64,000 bases of DNA from a virus (IMGVR_UViG_3300021400_001239:3188-67187), one strand, 5' to 3'. Positions 1 to 11,054 are shown, counted from the stretch's first letter. Notes: generated from the sequence alone by a model not told the origin. Translations and numbers: made by a program.

Positions 1-277
1 TTCTCGGGTCCGCTTTCCAACAGAACCAGTTATCGGCCGTATAATATGATGGCCCATCCATCACGGAAAGGTTCGAACAGCGATTGTCTTTATCATGATA
101 CACACAATCTTTACAATAGCACTTGGCTGTTGGCGGCTTATCAAATCTGTGTTTATAGGTATATTTCCATTTCAACTCGTGAACAATGCTTTTTAATGCT
201 ACTACCAATAGCGAGAAAACTACTATACCTATAATAACGACCGTAGTTAGTCCAATAGCACAAAGTCCCTCTATCAT

Positions 278-1507
278 TCATCTACCTCCATAAAACCTCG
301 TCTCGTTGAACTTTTTCTTCTCTTTCAGGGCCTCGCTAATTGCCAGATCGATGCCACTGCGACTTTTCAGGTGATAAAAATATAAATCAGTGAACGGCGT
401 ATTCATTCTATCAATACGACCACTAGCCTGGACCATGGTCTTGTAGGAGTAATTTTGCGAGTAAAATATAATGGTATCTGTCTTAATACAATTCCATCCT
501 TCAGCTCCAGCGTTATACTGCACAAGATAGATCCACCGATCTCCATCGGGTATTGGCTGATGTTTATGACCGTTCCACTCTGCAACTTCTAACTTAGGAT
601 AGAAATTAGCACCAACTTCCCGAAGCAACTCAAGCTCGTAGTCGTAATTGTAGAATATAATAGCTTTTGGATGCTTCTCCAGAATTTCCTCAAGCGCTAT
701 CGCCCTACTGTCATCAAGATTAACGAGTTTCCTTAAACACTGACAGAATCCGCTAGCGTTCTCGATTGGCGCATTCTCCCATGGATTCCAGCGAGTTCTA
801 CACAACTGTCTGTATTTTGCTTTATCAAAGGTTACCCATATATCTTCATGATGCGAGACCGCAGGCGTCACAGACTTCATGGTTATTAAGATGCTATCTC
901 GAAGTCTTACGAGTCTACGAACATTAATGTAGCGATCGACTTTGAAGTATTTAACGTAACCATTGCGTATTACATGTTGCTGCATGAAGTCGGTTCTGTT
1001 TCTATAAAACCCGTTGGCTACAAAAACCGGTATATAATCTATCCAGTTATCTCCTGGTGTTGCCGACAGTAGGACCCAGTGATTACCCCACCATGCTATT
1101 TTTAGAAATGCTTTAACCCATGCGCCATTTCCGACGACTCGTTGTTCGTCAAATATGAAAAATGCTCCTTTGACGTTTTTGTATTTTTGAATATTGTTCC
1201 ACGAGTCTATTGTGATTTTTAGGTTCTTATATGGCATAGCGTTTGGATCTGTTGACAACAAGAATGGCGGTAATTCAAGTTCCCATTCGGCGGTGTCTCT
1301 CTTACGCGCTGTTGTAATAATGTAAAGATCTCTTGGGTTTTTCATCATTACGTAATCGAAAGAATCAAGTTTTCCACCATAGCAGACGTAATAATATGCC
1401 AAAGCAGTTCGTGATTTACCAGTACCCATGCCGCCACACAAGATACAGCCACGTTTCATCCGTTTAACAGCATCGATCTGATCTTGACTTAATGGAATTC
1501 TTGCCAT
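278..1507 (-). CDS. SF2 (SNF2/DEAD-like) DNA helicase
   Basis: Walker A GGMGTGKS, Walker B-like IFDEQ, motif III LLSAT, C-terminal QASGRIDR. Confidence 0.85.
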   Translation of the reverse strand: MARIPLSQDQIDAVKRMKRGCILCGGMGTGKSRTALAYYYVCYGGKLDSFDYVMMKNPRDLYIITTARKRDTAEWELELPPFLLSTDPNAMPYKNLKITIDSWNNIQKYKNVKGAFFIFDEQRVVGNGAWVKAFLKIAWWGNHWVLLSATPGDNWIDYIPVFVANGFYRNRTDFMQQHVIRNGYVKYFKVDRYINVRRLVRLRDSILITMKSVTPAVSHHEDIWVTFDKAKYRQLCRTRWNPWENAPIENASGFCQCLRKLVNLDDSRAIALEEILEKHPKAIIFYNYDYELELLREVGANFYPKLEVAEWNGHKHQPIPDGDRWIYLVQYNAGAEGWNCIKTDTIIFYSQNYSYKTMVQASGRIDRMNTPFTDLYFYHLKSRSGIDLAISEALKEKKKFNETRFYGGR

Positions 1508-2043
1508 GACGGCACCATAACATTATTAAAGAACCACATGAATCCCCGTTCGAGGTCTTCGAGCGATCCGTCGTTGTGATAGATGTAGTCGTAATGATAT
1601 TCGTTAACGTCATCGTCTGCACGGTTTCCGTATTCCTTGTTTTCTGTTCGTTTAGACATAACGAGCATCGTAATACATCGAACACGACCGTCTTTGTTGA
1701 TAGCTCTCTTAAGTTTGTCGATCTCCTCAGGTTCTCGTACATGAATAACAAGAATTTCGTTGTGACAAGTTATTGGTTCTTCGACAAAGTCCTTGTACAT
1801 ATTGTATGCATAGTGAAATGGTCCATCGTTGTATTCTGTCCACAGGTCTTTGAGATCCGACAGGAACTTGCGATCCTTATCCTCTTTACCACCATTCCAA
1901 CCTATCAATCGTGCAGCCAGCTTAACTCTAGTGATGGTTGAAGTGATAATGGTCAGATAATGGCGATTGAGAATTTGACAAATAGTATCCTTGCCCGATC
2001 CGCCTTTACCATTAATGATAATTACTACTTTCTGTCCTTCCAA
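1489..2043 (-). CDS. P-loop nucleotide (dNMP/dephospho-CoA-like) kinase
   Basis: N-terminal INGKGGSGKDT P-loop, HVREPEE motif, located in the replication module. Confidence 0.65.
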   Translation of the reverse strand: MEGQKVVIIINGKGGSGKDTICQILNRHYLTIITSTITRVKLAARLIGWNGGKEDKDRKFLSDLKDLWTEYNDGPFHYAYNMYKDFVEEPITCHNEILVIHVREPEEIDKLKRAINKDGRVRCITMLVMSKRTENKEYGNRADDDVNEYHYDYIYHNDGSLEDLERGFMWFFNNVMVPSWQEFH

Positions 2044-2391
2044 AAGTTTGAATTCTCCTTTCTAGCGGTGATCATTATTCTTGTTGCCTCTTCTACGGTT
2101 TGGGCTTTGTCTAAAGCCTTCTTTACCCAATCGGAATATAACAAGTCATCCGCCACCTTCTTTAATTGGTTACGCTCACTTTTTTTCATTTTCATAATGT
2201 TCAGGCACGCTCGTCCCTTCTCTCATCGGTACTTCGAGGCATTCGTTGCACGGTGACTTGAATCCTTCAAGATCCTTATGCGTACAGCTCTTACAATACA
2301 GTGCAAAGTTCACTTCTTTATTAGAACTATACATTGCTGCTCCTTTCAAAATAAAAACAGAAGTCCTTGTTCAGGACCTCTGTCCGGGAGA

Positions 2392-2580
2392 TTACTTCAT
2401 AACTTTTAATGTATCATCAACTAACCAAAACATGTTATCAAGTTCTGTAACAACATCGGTCTCGGCTGTCTCTTTGCCGCAAACTGTTTCATCTGCTGTA
2501 CTACCAGCCATAAAACCAAACAGTCCTACAAAGAAGACAACAACCATAATTGTAATCACGTTCATAACATTTTTTCTCAT
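2392..2580 (-). CDS. small membrane-anchored hypothetical protein
   Basis: RBS AAGGAGG before MRKNVMNV, hydrophobic N-terminus, downstream of a promoter-like motif. Confidence 0.5.
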   Translation of the reverse strand: MRKNVMNVITIMVVVFFVGLFGFMAGSTADETVCGKETAETDVVTELDNMFWLVDDTLKVMK

Positions 2581-2609
2581 TTTTACATCCTCCTTATTGG
2601 AATCTCTCC

Positions 2610-2636
2610 CATATAAGAGGTTGTAAATTATGTGCA
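2610..2636 (-). promoter_or_regulatory. conserved phage promoter-like motif, one of at least 16 copies (minus-strand consensus approx. CGCANAWTTTACAAYCYCYWWTATG)
   Basis: Copies at about 2610, 2790, 3673, 11912, 13241, 15674, 15962, 16885, 17884, 18125, 44821, 52564, 53954, 56842, 62301 and 62593; all in the same orientation and just upstream of minus-strand genes or RBSs. Confidence 0.75.
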
Positions 2637-2668
2637 AAAGCAAGAGACCCTGCTCGGATCCCTTGCCG
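2636..2668 (-). terminator. intrinsic terminator, part of a 33-bp exact repeat with 17910-17942
   Basis: Minus strand GCAAGGGATCC-GAGCA-GGGTCTCTTGC-TTTT: hairpin plus U-tract. Confidence 0.7.
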
Positions 2669-2821
2669 TTTGCTGTTATCTAGCAATGAAATAAATCGCT
2701 GCAATAATACCCATGACGAATATCGCCTTAACGACAATCATCATGATTTTCATAAACAAACTTTCTTTCATGATAGATACCTCCTTTCCCATAAAGGAGG
2801 TTGTAAATTCTGTGCAAAAAC

Positions 2822-3367
2822 TCAGTCTTCACCATGGTAATCGGCGTACTTATCAGCCCAGCGGCTAGCCTCAAGAGTGATCCTGGCTTCCTTCAGATAT
2901 GCCTTGATCCTCCAATCACCGGTCTTGTCGTCCTGCCACCAACGAGGTCTGATTGTCATGTCGATATTTTCGAAGAACTGACCATCAAGATCACCGGCAG
3001 TATCCTCAAAGATCCTGGTTTCAACACCATTGGCATACGTGTAGATCAGTACAGGAGGAATGTTTGGCGGTGTGTTGAAGTTAACAGACACCTGCATCCT
3101 GTACTCGATCTCATTGCGGAGATTCAGGTTTACTTTGACAGAATCCCAGCCAGCGTTGATCAGCTGAGGTACCAGAGTCTCATCATTGACATACACCTTG
3201 ATGTTCCAACCGTCATCGCGCATAGCGGCTGCCAGATCCGGATCATCGATCATCCATACAAAGTTACGATCCCCTTCTTTGTTATACCTGCTGCCTCGTC
3301 CTGCAAAGTTTCTGAATGTGATGGTGGCGTGTTCAACGTCGATCGGGAATACATTGTGTTTTTCCAT
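2822..3367 (-). CDS. single-stranded DNA-binding protein (putative)
   Basis: FRNFAG...GDRNF N-terminus, aromatic/beta-rich body, acidic tail, next to the polymerase. Confidence 0.6.
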   Translation of the reverse strand: MEKHNVFPIDVEHATITFRNFAGRGSRYNKEGDRNFVWMIDDPDLAAAMRDDGWNIKVYVNDETLVPQLINAGWDSVKVNLNLRNEIEYRMQVSVNFNTPPNIPPVLIYTYANGVETRIFEDTAGDLDGQFFENIDMTIRPRWWQDDKTGDWRIKAYLKEARITLEASRWADKYADYHGED

Positions 3368-3690
3368 TTTTGTTCTCCTTTTTATTTAAAATATTTTAGT
3401 GCAAACAAAAGAGGGCCTGCGTTTGCAGAACCCTCCGGTTAACTATTCCTTATTTAGTTTTGAAAAAGCCTTCTTCATTATACTTCATTAATTCTCTGTG
3501 AAGCAGATCAATACCTTCTCCTACGCCAATCCGATGTCCCTCTTCATAGCCCTTAGCCAACCCATATTCATAAGCCGCATAGATCCATGAAAGGTACGCA
3601 CCGGCAAGCATAACGTAGCCGAATATTTTACCCGCTTTAGTATTAATGTTTTCCATAATAAATACCTCCTTTCATAAAGGAGATTGTTTA

Positions 3691-6600
3691 TTATGCGGTA
3701 AACGGTACCTCTTCGTCGCTATCTTCTGGAATGTTCATGTAACGCGAAAGCGGATCATCCGATACAAAGTTATCGAAGTCACCATATTTCGAGATCGCTG
3801 CTTTAGCCTCGTCTACAAGATTCTCATAGTAAGACGTGTCAACAAATTCCTGCATACCGCATCGTTCGATCAGTTCGGTTTCCAACCATCTGTAAGGCGT
3901 ACCGTCTCGTCTTTTCGACCCAGCTACAGCATAGTATTTGTCGTTCTGTTTTCTCACAAGAAGCCCACCACCATGGCCGCTAAGTATCGGGCAGAACAGT
4001 CCAACTCGTCCTATGAACTGGTAACTATGACCTTCAGAAATTATTTCAGCCAATCGTTCATTGCTTACACCAGACATACCAGGATTAAGTTTTCTCTTTC
4101 CACGATCTTCTCTATTTTTTGCGTTCCACAAACGATTTTGCAGTTCTTTCTCTTCCATGGTAACGTCAGGTAAACTCTCGTTCATGTCGAGGTAAATAGC
4201 TCCTTTTGTTACGGTCTTCGTCTCGCAAAGATCTCCAAAACGAATATCCTCATGACTAAAGAGCGTCTTAAACACATACGGAATCTGGAACTGAGTACCA
4301 GTCGCAGTCCATGGATACGTGTGTTTCTTGAAGTGTTTCTTGATACCCGACAATACATAACCATATCGACGCATACTCTCTTCAGGAGTTATGTATTTAG
4401 CTATGTATACAGCATGGTTAACAAGACACATCCGTTCATAAGTAGCCTCATGATCAAAGGTATAACCATACTTCTGGCCGAACTCTTTGACAAACTCGAT
4501 AATTTCATTAGTAGCGTCAGGGATCTTAATGGAATCGGTCTTGATGTGAACAACTTTGAAACCTCTAGCCATAACCTCGTCCTGGAGAGTCCTCATGAAT
4601 AAAGCACCACGCAGAGCGATGATGTTGTTCTTATCTCTCGGATCAGCAAGAGGATTTTCAAATGTAGCAGCAGCAATACCATAGGTACTATTGAGAACCA
4701 GCTTAAGCGCTGCCTGCAGGTTATCTGCATCTTCTTCGTTCGTAAGATACTTGGCTAGTTTACCATCGAGCATCTTAGACGCCCTTTCAAAGTCGTGTTC
4801 CTTAATGGCAATACGAGCATCACGAATTTCCTCGTACGTCTTAGTGTTATCACCAAATTTATGAAGTCTAATAATAGACTCAGGATGCATACTATTAACG
4901 TCCAACAAAGCTACATTAAACCATTGACCTTCTTCGGCGTAAACATATCCACCATAACCGACATCAGTTCCGCGATACATGTTGTGACGTTTCTTATCCT
5001 CGCCCCATACGTTCTCGTATCCAGGGAACTCGTTAATAACATCTGAATGGAAGTCGCTTTCCGTACCATCAGAATTATACATTTTACCCGTGGCCAGATC
5101 GGTATAGACATGATTTGGATTCTTGTCGTCACCAACCAGAATCTTTGTGATGTGCTGTCTGTTAGTATGGTTGACTGTAAGACCAGACAGTTCGGCAAGG
5201 AGTTCTCGTACTTTGAAGTCGGCCTGGTTGTGATCGAATACCGCTTCTGTCGCAATAACATCATTTGCACAATACTCAGCAAGCTCTGCCCAGCGTTCTT
5301 CAGGTACAGGTTCATCCCATGGCAAACCGAACTCCTGATGGTGAATCCCGAGTTCAATCTCCCACTTTTTAAGACCTTGTTTCTTTGCACAGAAATCATA
5401 CACGTCGGCGTAGCTCATATTCCAAGCCTCACCAAATTGCACAAGAGGAGTGCCGTTAATAATATCCTGCGAAAGATTATACAGTCCTTCAGCGCTGTAA
5501 CCCATGCTAGCAGCCCAGGTAATGTGATTATCGTAGCTTCTGTTGTTGAATCCCACCAACCTGTTTTCCATGATCTCAAAGATCTGATTCGGCGTCGGGT
5601 TAATCCATTTATAAACCTGTTTGTCTTTGCCTTGAAACTTCCAACACAGCACATTTACATTTGGAAGAACCTCCCAGTCGAAGAAAACGATCGGTTTTTT
5701 CATATAGTCACCATACTCGTCGTCTTCGTATGTCTGTGGCGTGTCGTTTTCACAATCCTTTGATGCGAAGTGCATTTCCTGAACGAGCTGCTGACAGTAT
5801 CTTGAGTTGTTTGTACTGCCAGAAGCAAACGCAAACACGTCTTTACGCATATCACGCACGTCATAATGAAGATCTGATTCGTATGCGTCATCGAGAATCT
5901 TCTTGATAAAGTCAATCGATGATTTAGTAGAGGGGTGAATCTCCTTTGCTATATTTCGCGCTATCTGTTCGCGTAAACTCTTTTCACTTTTTATCTGCTT
6001 CTCGCTTACCATGGTTTTGACCTCCTTTTTTGGTAAGCTGGGACCCGGATTAAGCGTTGCTATCGGTAAGTTGTTACACTTTGTAAGTTTCCGTCTCAAT
6101 GGTAGTTTGCCAGTGAATACCTTGATCTCTACGTGCTCAGCATACAGGTTGGCCAATTCTGTTGGATCACCGGTATAATAATAATGAAGATGAATACCTT
6201 CACCGCTCTTACTCAGTTCACCATACGTCTCTGGCCAGGTACTAGCCGCTTCGATGTTCTTAGCAAGGCACTTTTTACCATCGCTATCCGGAATATCAAA
6301 GTCGATTACAATGTATTTGACATCTAAGTCTTGCGTAAGTACCATGTGGACTCGTGTCGGATCGATATCGCACAACTTCGACTTAACACTGTCCCAACCA
6401 ATAAGCGGCGTCCCTTTGTCTGTTGTGTACTGCGCTCGACAATTAGCGAATAACTCATCGAACACATTTTTTTCACCATGATGATCCTCAAAGTTCAACC
6501 ACCCTAGGTCAGTTTCTTCCGGTTCCTCTTTTTTAGTTTCAAACTTATCCTCTTTGAACCCTTTGTAATAAGTAGAAGGTCTTGTACCATCATCCAGTAA

Positions 6601-7842
6601 CGGACGTGTCAAGACCTCCTCAAAATAGTTTCTTAGTTCTTCCTGGAATCGCATTTTATTATATGGATACGGAACACGAGCTTCCTCGCAGTATTCTTTA
6701 TATCTTGCCCATGCGACTTTGAGCGATATCCCGTCTTCTTTTTTCAGCAAAGAATAAGAATCCATAATAAAGTTATAAAATTCATTAGTGGCACCAAGCA
6801 TTCTGACAGGAATGTAGTCCTCGTAATAATCCGGATCTTCAAGGTATACATCCATGCAGTGTTTCGCTATAGCGCCCAGTTCGAAGTCTACCTTCTTCTT
6901 AAGTCGACGATACTCTTTCAACGGAACCAGGTTTCCGGTAGGAGTAACGTCAATTAACCTTCGAAGAATACCCGATTTTGCATCGGTGATCTTCACTGGT
7001 TTATTCGTTCCCATGAACAAAAAGCAATTGAACCGGTTCACGTATGCTTTTGTATACTTTTCATTCACAGTCATCGATTCATGAGACACAAGACTGTTAA
7101 GCCGTGTGTTATCCTCAATTCTCGATAAATCACCATCCTGTTGAATACCAACTAGAGGATTAGTTCGAAAAGGTTCAAGCGCGAATGAGGCATTAGCTGA
7201 TCCCAGGCTCTTTGCATCGAACGCAGTCCAGTATCCTGCAAATAATTTTTCCATTATTTTTAGAATAGTCGACTTACCTGTTCCGCGATCACCATGCAGT
7301 ACAAGGAATTTCTGTATTTCCTTCGAGTCACCGGTAACAACAGCACCAATTGCCCACTCTATTTTGTGCCTCTCTTCCTTTGAATACAAAGTCGAGATCA
7401 GCTTATCGTATGCCTCATAGCTTCCTTCTTCTAACGGGTAGTTTAATCTTTTGCTAGCATAGTCGTCTTTCTTTGTTGGCATGTTTGAGAAGATAAGTTT
7501 CTCGTCTAAAGCATGGTAGCTGTCTCTGAGCTGTTTTTGACAGTATTTATGCCATGAGTCGATCATTCCGGTCTGTGCATCCCACATGTGTAATACTTTG
7601 ACCTGATCGTACTTTTCTTTATTTTCCTTGACGAATAGATCGAGCTCATGGTCAATCGCTTCTAGGGCGTCCCCTTCTTTTGTTGACCACAAGCCCTTAT
7701 CTTCTAGCCATACAGCGTAGAAGTCACCACCTCGTATCATAAGGTCTGAACTTTCTCGCGTCGTAGGAATAATAAACCTAGGATAGACTTCCGTGACTCC
7801 ACGTTTACCGATGCGAGTCGACACCATAAAGAAGTCCATCAT
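3691..7842 (-). CDS. fused SF3/D5-type helicase, primase-like domain and family B DNA polymerase
   Basis: Walker A HGDRGTGKS; IVIDFD and SKSGEGIHLHY primase-like motifs; exonuclease FFDWE, GFNNRSYD, YCANDV; PolB motifs DVNSMHP, KLVLNSTYG, KTDS. Start likely at MMDFF (7842). Confidence 0.85.
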   Translation of the reverse strand: MMDFFMVSTRIGKRGVTEVYPRFIIPTTRESSDLMIRGGDFYAVWLEDKGLWSTKEGDALEAIDHELDLFVKENKEKYDQVKVLHMWDAQTGMIDSWHKYCQKQLRDSYHALDEKLIFSNMPTKKDDYASKRLNYPLEEGSYEAYDKLISTLYSKEERHKIEWAIGAVVTGDSKEIQKFLVLHGDRGTGKSTILKIMEKLFAGYWTAFDAKSLGSANASFALEPFRTNPLVGIQQDGDLSRIEDNTRLNSLVSHESMTVNEKYTKAYVNRFNCFLFMGTNKPVKITDAKSGILRRLIDVTPTGNLVPLKEYRRLKKKVDFELGAIAKHCMDVYLEDPDYYEDYIPVRMLGATNEFYNFIMDSYSLLKKEDGISLKVAWARYKEYCEEARVPYPYNKMRFQEELRNYFEEVLTRPLLDDGTRPSTYYKGFKEDKFETKKEEPEETDLGWLNFEDHHGEKNVFDELFANCRAQYTTDKGTPLIGWDSVKSKLCDIDPTRVHMVLTQDLDVKYIVIDFDIPDSDGKKCLAKNIEAASTWPETYGELSKSGEGIHLHYYYTGDPTELANLYAEHVEIKVFTGKLPLRRKLTKCNNLPIATLNPGPSLPKKEVKTMVSEKQIKSEKSLREQIARNIAKEIHPSTKSSIDFIKKILDDAYESDLHYDVRDMRKDVFAFASGSTNNSRYCQQLVQEMHFASKDCENDTPQTYEDDEYGDYMKKPIVFFDWEVLPNVNVLCWKFQGKDKQVYKWINPTPNQIFEIMENRLVGFNNRSYDNHITWAASMGYSAEGLYNLSQDIINGTPLVQFGEAWNMSYADVYDFCAKKQGLKKWEIELGIHHQEFGLPWDEPVPEERWAELAEYCANDVIATEAVFDHNQADFKVRELLAELSGLTVNHTNRQHITKILVGDDKNPNHVYTDLATGKMYNSDGTESDFHSDVINEFPGYENVWGEDKKRHNMYRGTDVGYGGYVYAEEGQWFNVALLDVNSMHPESIIRLHKFGDNTKTYEEIRDARIAIKEHDFERASKMLDGKLAKYLTNEEDADNLQAALKLVLNSTYGIAAATFENPLADPRDKNNIIALRGALFMRTLQDEVMARGFKVVHIKTDSIKIPDATNEIIEFVKEFGQKYGYTFDHEATYERMCLVNHAVYIAKYITPEESMRRYGYVLSGIKKHFKKHTYPWTATGTQFQIPYVFKTLFSHEDIRFGDLCETKTVTKGAIYLDMNESLPDVTMEEKELQNRLWNAKNREDRGKRKLNPGMSGVSNERLAEIISEGHSYQFIGRVGLFCPILSGHGGGLLVRKQNDKYYAVAGSKRRDGTPYRWLETELIERCGMQEFVDTSYYENLVDEAKAAISKYGDFDNFVSDDPLSRYMNIPEDSDEEVPFTA

Positions 7843-7847
7843 AAGTC

Positions 7848-8141
7848 TTATTTCCCATAGCCGGTATAGTGAACGCGATCCTCTTTGTCTCTTAGCTCTT
7901 TCTCGCACTTGTCGAGGCGAGAACAAATGTCATCCTGAGCAACCCAACCGGTAAGCATCCCGACACCAGCAGCAATGAAGCCGAGTGCTGTTATCCGTTT
8001 AAGTTTTACGAACCGCTTCTCGACGGTATCGACTCTTGACAAAATGGCGTTGAGTCTATCAGCCATGATTACATCGTTCTTTCCAAGCACTTTAACAGCA
8101 TCTTCCCAGGTGTCTACACGTCTAGATCTTGTTCCTATCAT
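7848..8141 (-). CDS. hypothetical protein with one TM segment
   Basis: ORF fills the gap between neighbouring genes, hydrophobic stretch ITALGFIAAGVGML. Confidence 0.55.
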   Translation of the reverse strand: MIGTRSRRVDTWEDAVKVLGKNDVIMADRLNAILSRVDTVEKRFVKLKRITALGFIAAGVGMLTGWVAQDDICSRLDKCEKELRDKEDRVHYTGYGK

Positions 8142-8710
8142 TATTCTCCTCCTTCTATTACGTTATTAAAATACCACGTGGCCTGATACCATATTTCGTA
8201 GTTGCGCAAATCAACAAAATAATTGATTCCGTTATTAACATCTACAGTAAACAGACCACCCGCACCATTGGGCGCATATTCTCTGTCAAGAAATCTGTTT
8301 ATTACGTATTGACAATAATGATCATCGAAGTTGTTATTATTCATTTCTCCGAGACCCAAATTGTTTACCATGCCCCAAAACCACTGCCCGGTCCTATCAC
8401 CGTAGTCGTCATTTGACATAAGCTCAGATTCACATCTGTGAGAAAGCGCCACCATCATCTCGAGAATACTACACGGCTTTCCGTCTAGTTCACGCGCAAT
8501 ATCTCTTTGCGATACATTATTGTTCACACCGTACAGATACCGCATGTTGATACCGTCTTCATAACGATTACCATCACGAGGTATACTGTAACGGAAACTA
8601 TGATCGTGAAGAAAAACTAATAGTTTTCTATACGTTTTCTTCATACTTGGACGATCATATGTTACTAGATCACACAGCCAGTCAAAGTAGCCGTTGCAAA
8701 TCTCATCCAT
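8141..8710 (-). CDS. conserved phage hypothetical protein
   Basis: 189-aa ORF, coupled to both neighbours by overlapping start/stop codons. Confidence 0.65.
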   Translation of the reverse strand: MDEICNGYFDWLCDLVTYDRPSMKKTYRKLLVFLHDHSFRYSIPRDGNRYEDGINMRYLYGVNNNVSQRDIARELDGKPCSILEMMVALSHRCESELMSNDDYGDRTGQWFWGMVNNLGLGEMNNNNFDDHYCQYVINRFLDREYAPNGAGGLFTVDVNNGINYFVDLRNYEIWYQATWYFNNVIEGGE

Positions 8711-9269
8711 TCTCCCTCCACTTCATGTGGGGTAAATCTGCGTCGATCTCCTCGAACGTCCTGAGATCTTTTACGATTTCAAAGTCAGCGCAAAGATCAT
8801 CGTTCCTGATATATACAGTGTTTGGATCATCCGGATACACCCCAAAGTAATTCATAAATCCTGTACCAACATTGTCTTCTGGATCCTCAACTTTACCGTT
8901 ACTATCGTCCAGCAAAACATTATCTGACGTAAGAGTCATGTTAATGGCGTCATAATCCTCATATTCGCCGAATTCCTCAGGAGCAATAACATACGGTCCA
9001 TCGTTATCGTCCTGGTTTGTGCGATCACCGACTGAGTATCCGTTCTTTTTACAGATGTCGGACATTACTTCAGTTACCTCAACATGATCTTGAGGAACGG
9101 TAACGACTTCATGGTTCTCTTCTTCGTCAATATCCTCGTCATCATCAAGGAAAACTGCATCGGTCTCTTCTTCGACGGTGTCCTGTTTTCTTTCTTTGAG
9201 TATCGTCATAACGGCTGCAGCAAACACAGCGCCGCAACCAAACGCTACTATATACGCGGCTTTATTCAT
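8703..9269 (-). CDS. acidic protein with N-terminal membrane anchor
   Basis: Hydrophobic N-terminus followed by a D/E-rich body; RBS GGAGG. Confidence 0.65.
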   Translation of the reverse strand: MNKAAYIVAFGCGAVFAAAVMTILKERKQDTVEEETDAVFLDDDEDIDEEENHEVVTVPQDHVEVTEVMSDICKKNGYSVGDRTNQDDNDGPYVIAPEEFGEYEDYDAINMTLTSDNVLLDDSNGKVEDPEDNVGTGFMNYFGVYPDDPNTVYIRNDDLCADFEIVKDLRTFEEIDADLPHMKWRENG

Positions 9270-9328
9270 TTTTATCCTCCATGTTTAATAGTGATACATC
9301 AACTGCGGGTAGTCGAACATGTCCTGCA

Positions 9329-10315
9329 TTACATTGCCCGATCCCGGAGCGCTAAGTCCCGCCGGTGAAGTTCCTTGTAGATATTGCCGTCAACATTAAA
9401 ATCGATCGAGTAAGCCTGTTCCAGTTTTCCGTTCTCGCCAGGAACAAAGCAGGGCTTAACGTCGAACTCAATGTAGTTGTCACCATACGGCTGATCTGCG
9501 TCGTACATCCATCCGACAACTAGACCGCTACCATCAGACGGAATATCAAAACCAAGACGCTCGAGGACTTCATTCCATGTTACGATGCCAACGTGGAATG
9601 GATTCGTATGTGCTCGTGCTTTAAGGAGATTGTTCATAGCGCCCATTTCGGAATTAAAGAAGAATCTCATTGTGTCCGGAGAACGATCCCAGTGAGGGTT
9701 GTGGCGAGTGAAATATCTCTGATAAGGGCTTTCCCCACCATCAGCAACCTCGTATGTGTTCTTAACGGTCTTCTCCTCGCCGTTCTCGTCTACGACAGTC
9801 TCCTCGACTTCTTTGGTGGTAATACCATGGCGAATCTGCTTCTCGACCTCTTCTCCGAAACGGTCAGCGACTCTACCTCGATACTGCTTAAATCCTGCAT
9901 CGAGAGTATTGTACGCGGCAGCCAGAGCCAGAACCCTCTTCTTCAGAATACGATGCGCTCCGAAGAAACAGAAAAGAGACGCTGCACCGAGCGTCAAAGG
10001 AAGGGCATACAGTCTTGCGATCTTAAATGTAGTGTTTGTATAAACCATGACGGTCTCTTTGCCGTAGTTGCTGGGCTCACCGACCTCCGCACTCTTTTCA
10101 CGGAGCGCTTTAATGCGATCAAGATTCTCCTCGTGCTCGGTCAGAACATCATCCAGCTTTCTCGTCTGAACGCAAGCTACAACCGTTGTAGTAACGACTC
10201 CAACAGTACCTACAGCCATGAGGATCTCCGGACTGTGATGCTTTGCACCGGATTTAATCGCGTGCGCAAAACCTTTAATTTTTCCACCAATTGCTCCAAG
10301 TTTAAACTTACTCAA
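9329..10315 (-). CDS. membrane-associated phage protein (DUF6353-like, paralog of 11939-12781)
   Basis: HSPEILMAVG.. TM segment, YALP..L second TM, ALAAAY motif shared with the 11939 ORF; family name is from memory. Confidence 0.6.
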   Translation of the reverse strand: MSKFKLGAIGGKIKGFAHAIKSGAKHHSPEILMAVGTVGVVTTTVVACVQTRKLDDVLTEHEENLDRIKALREKSAEVGEPSNYGKETVMVYTNTTFKIARLYALPLTLGAASLFCFFGAHRILKKRVLALAAAYNTLDAGFKQYRGRVADRFGEEVEKQIRHGITTKEVEETVVDENGEEKTVKNTYEVADGGESPYQRYFTRHNPHWDRSPDTMRFFFNSEMGAMNNLLKARAHTNPFHVGIVTWNEVLERLGFDIPSDGSGLVVGWMYDADQPYGDNYIEFDVKPCFVPGENGKLEQAYSIDFNVDGNIYKELHRRDLALRDRAM

Positions 10316-10328
10316 AATTAATCTCCTT

Positions 10329-10964
10329 TCACTCCAGCACTATCGCTTTTGGCAGATCGATTCGCCATCCGCCGCCTGCTACATGAACCACTTCTGCCGT
10401 TGACAGATCAGTCCAACCATACTTGTTGTCGGTATACTTCATATACTTCGGTTCAACACCAGCGAAATCCTTCAAATCAGCGACAGACACCATGAGATAC
10501 ACGCTAAGCTGCTCTCTCATACGATCTCGCACATCAATAGCATCCTGACGGTCGTTGAATACAATGTCGTCAAACTCATACGCTTTCGCTCGAGATTGTC
10601 CCGTGGTCTGAACCGATCTAGCCTGGACCGTCTGTTGCTTTGAATAATTCGTATACTGGATTCTCGATGCGTTTGTCTGGCTTCTAGGCCGCCCGCTCTT
10701 GCCCCAGAACATCATGTCCAGCGTATTTTTCACGATATCGGATACTGTCGTCTTGACTGCGGGCACAACGACCTCGTCGACGATATATCCTTTGACGGTC
10801 TTAGCATCCTCTTGTACAAATGTTTCTACGAATTTACTCACCGGGGATTTTTTCTTAATCGCAACAGTGCCCTTGGCCACTTTCTCATTCTTTTTTTCAG
10901 GTGGTTGGGTCTGCGCGCTTGCTTCTGTTTTAGCTTTATGTGAGTTAGCTCTGTAGTCTTCCAA
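10329..10964 (-). CDS. conserved phage hypothetical protein
   Basis: 211-aa ORF with RBS; C-terminal VSVADL..KYGW motif resembles neighbouring paralogs. Confidence 0.6.
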   Translation of the reverse strand: MEDYRANSHKAKTEASAQTQPPEKKNEKVAKGTVAIKKKSPVSKFVETFVQEDAKTVKGYIVDEVVVPAVKTTVSDIVKNTLDMMFWGKSGRPRSQTNASRIQYTNYSKQQTVQARSVQTTGQSRAKAYEFDDIVFNDRQDAIDVRDRMREQLSVYLMVSVADLKDFAGVEPKYMKYTDNKYGWTDLSTAEVVHVAGGGWRIDLPKAIVLE

Positions 10965-11054
10965 CAGCGCCTCCTTCCTATTGCAAATGGAAAAGGGCCT
11001 GCTTATGCAAACCCCTCTCCAGAATTACCATGAACTGTTGATTTTATTTATTAT

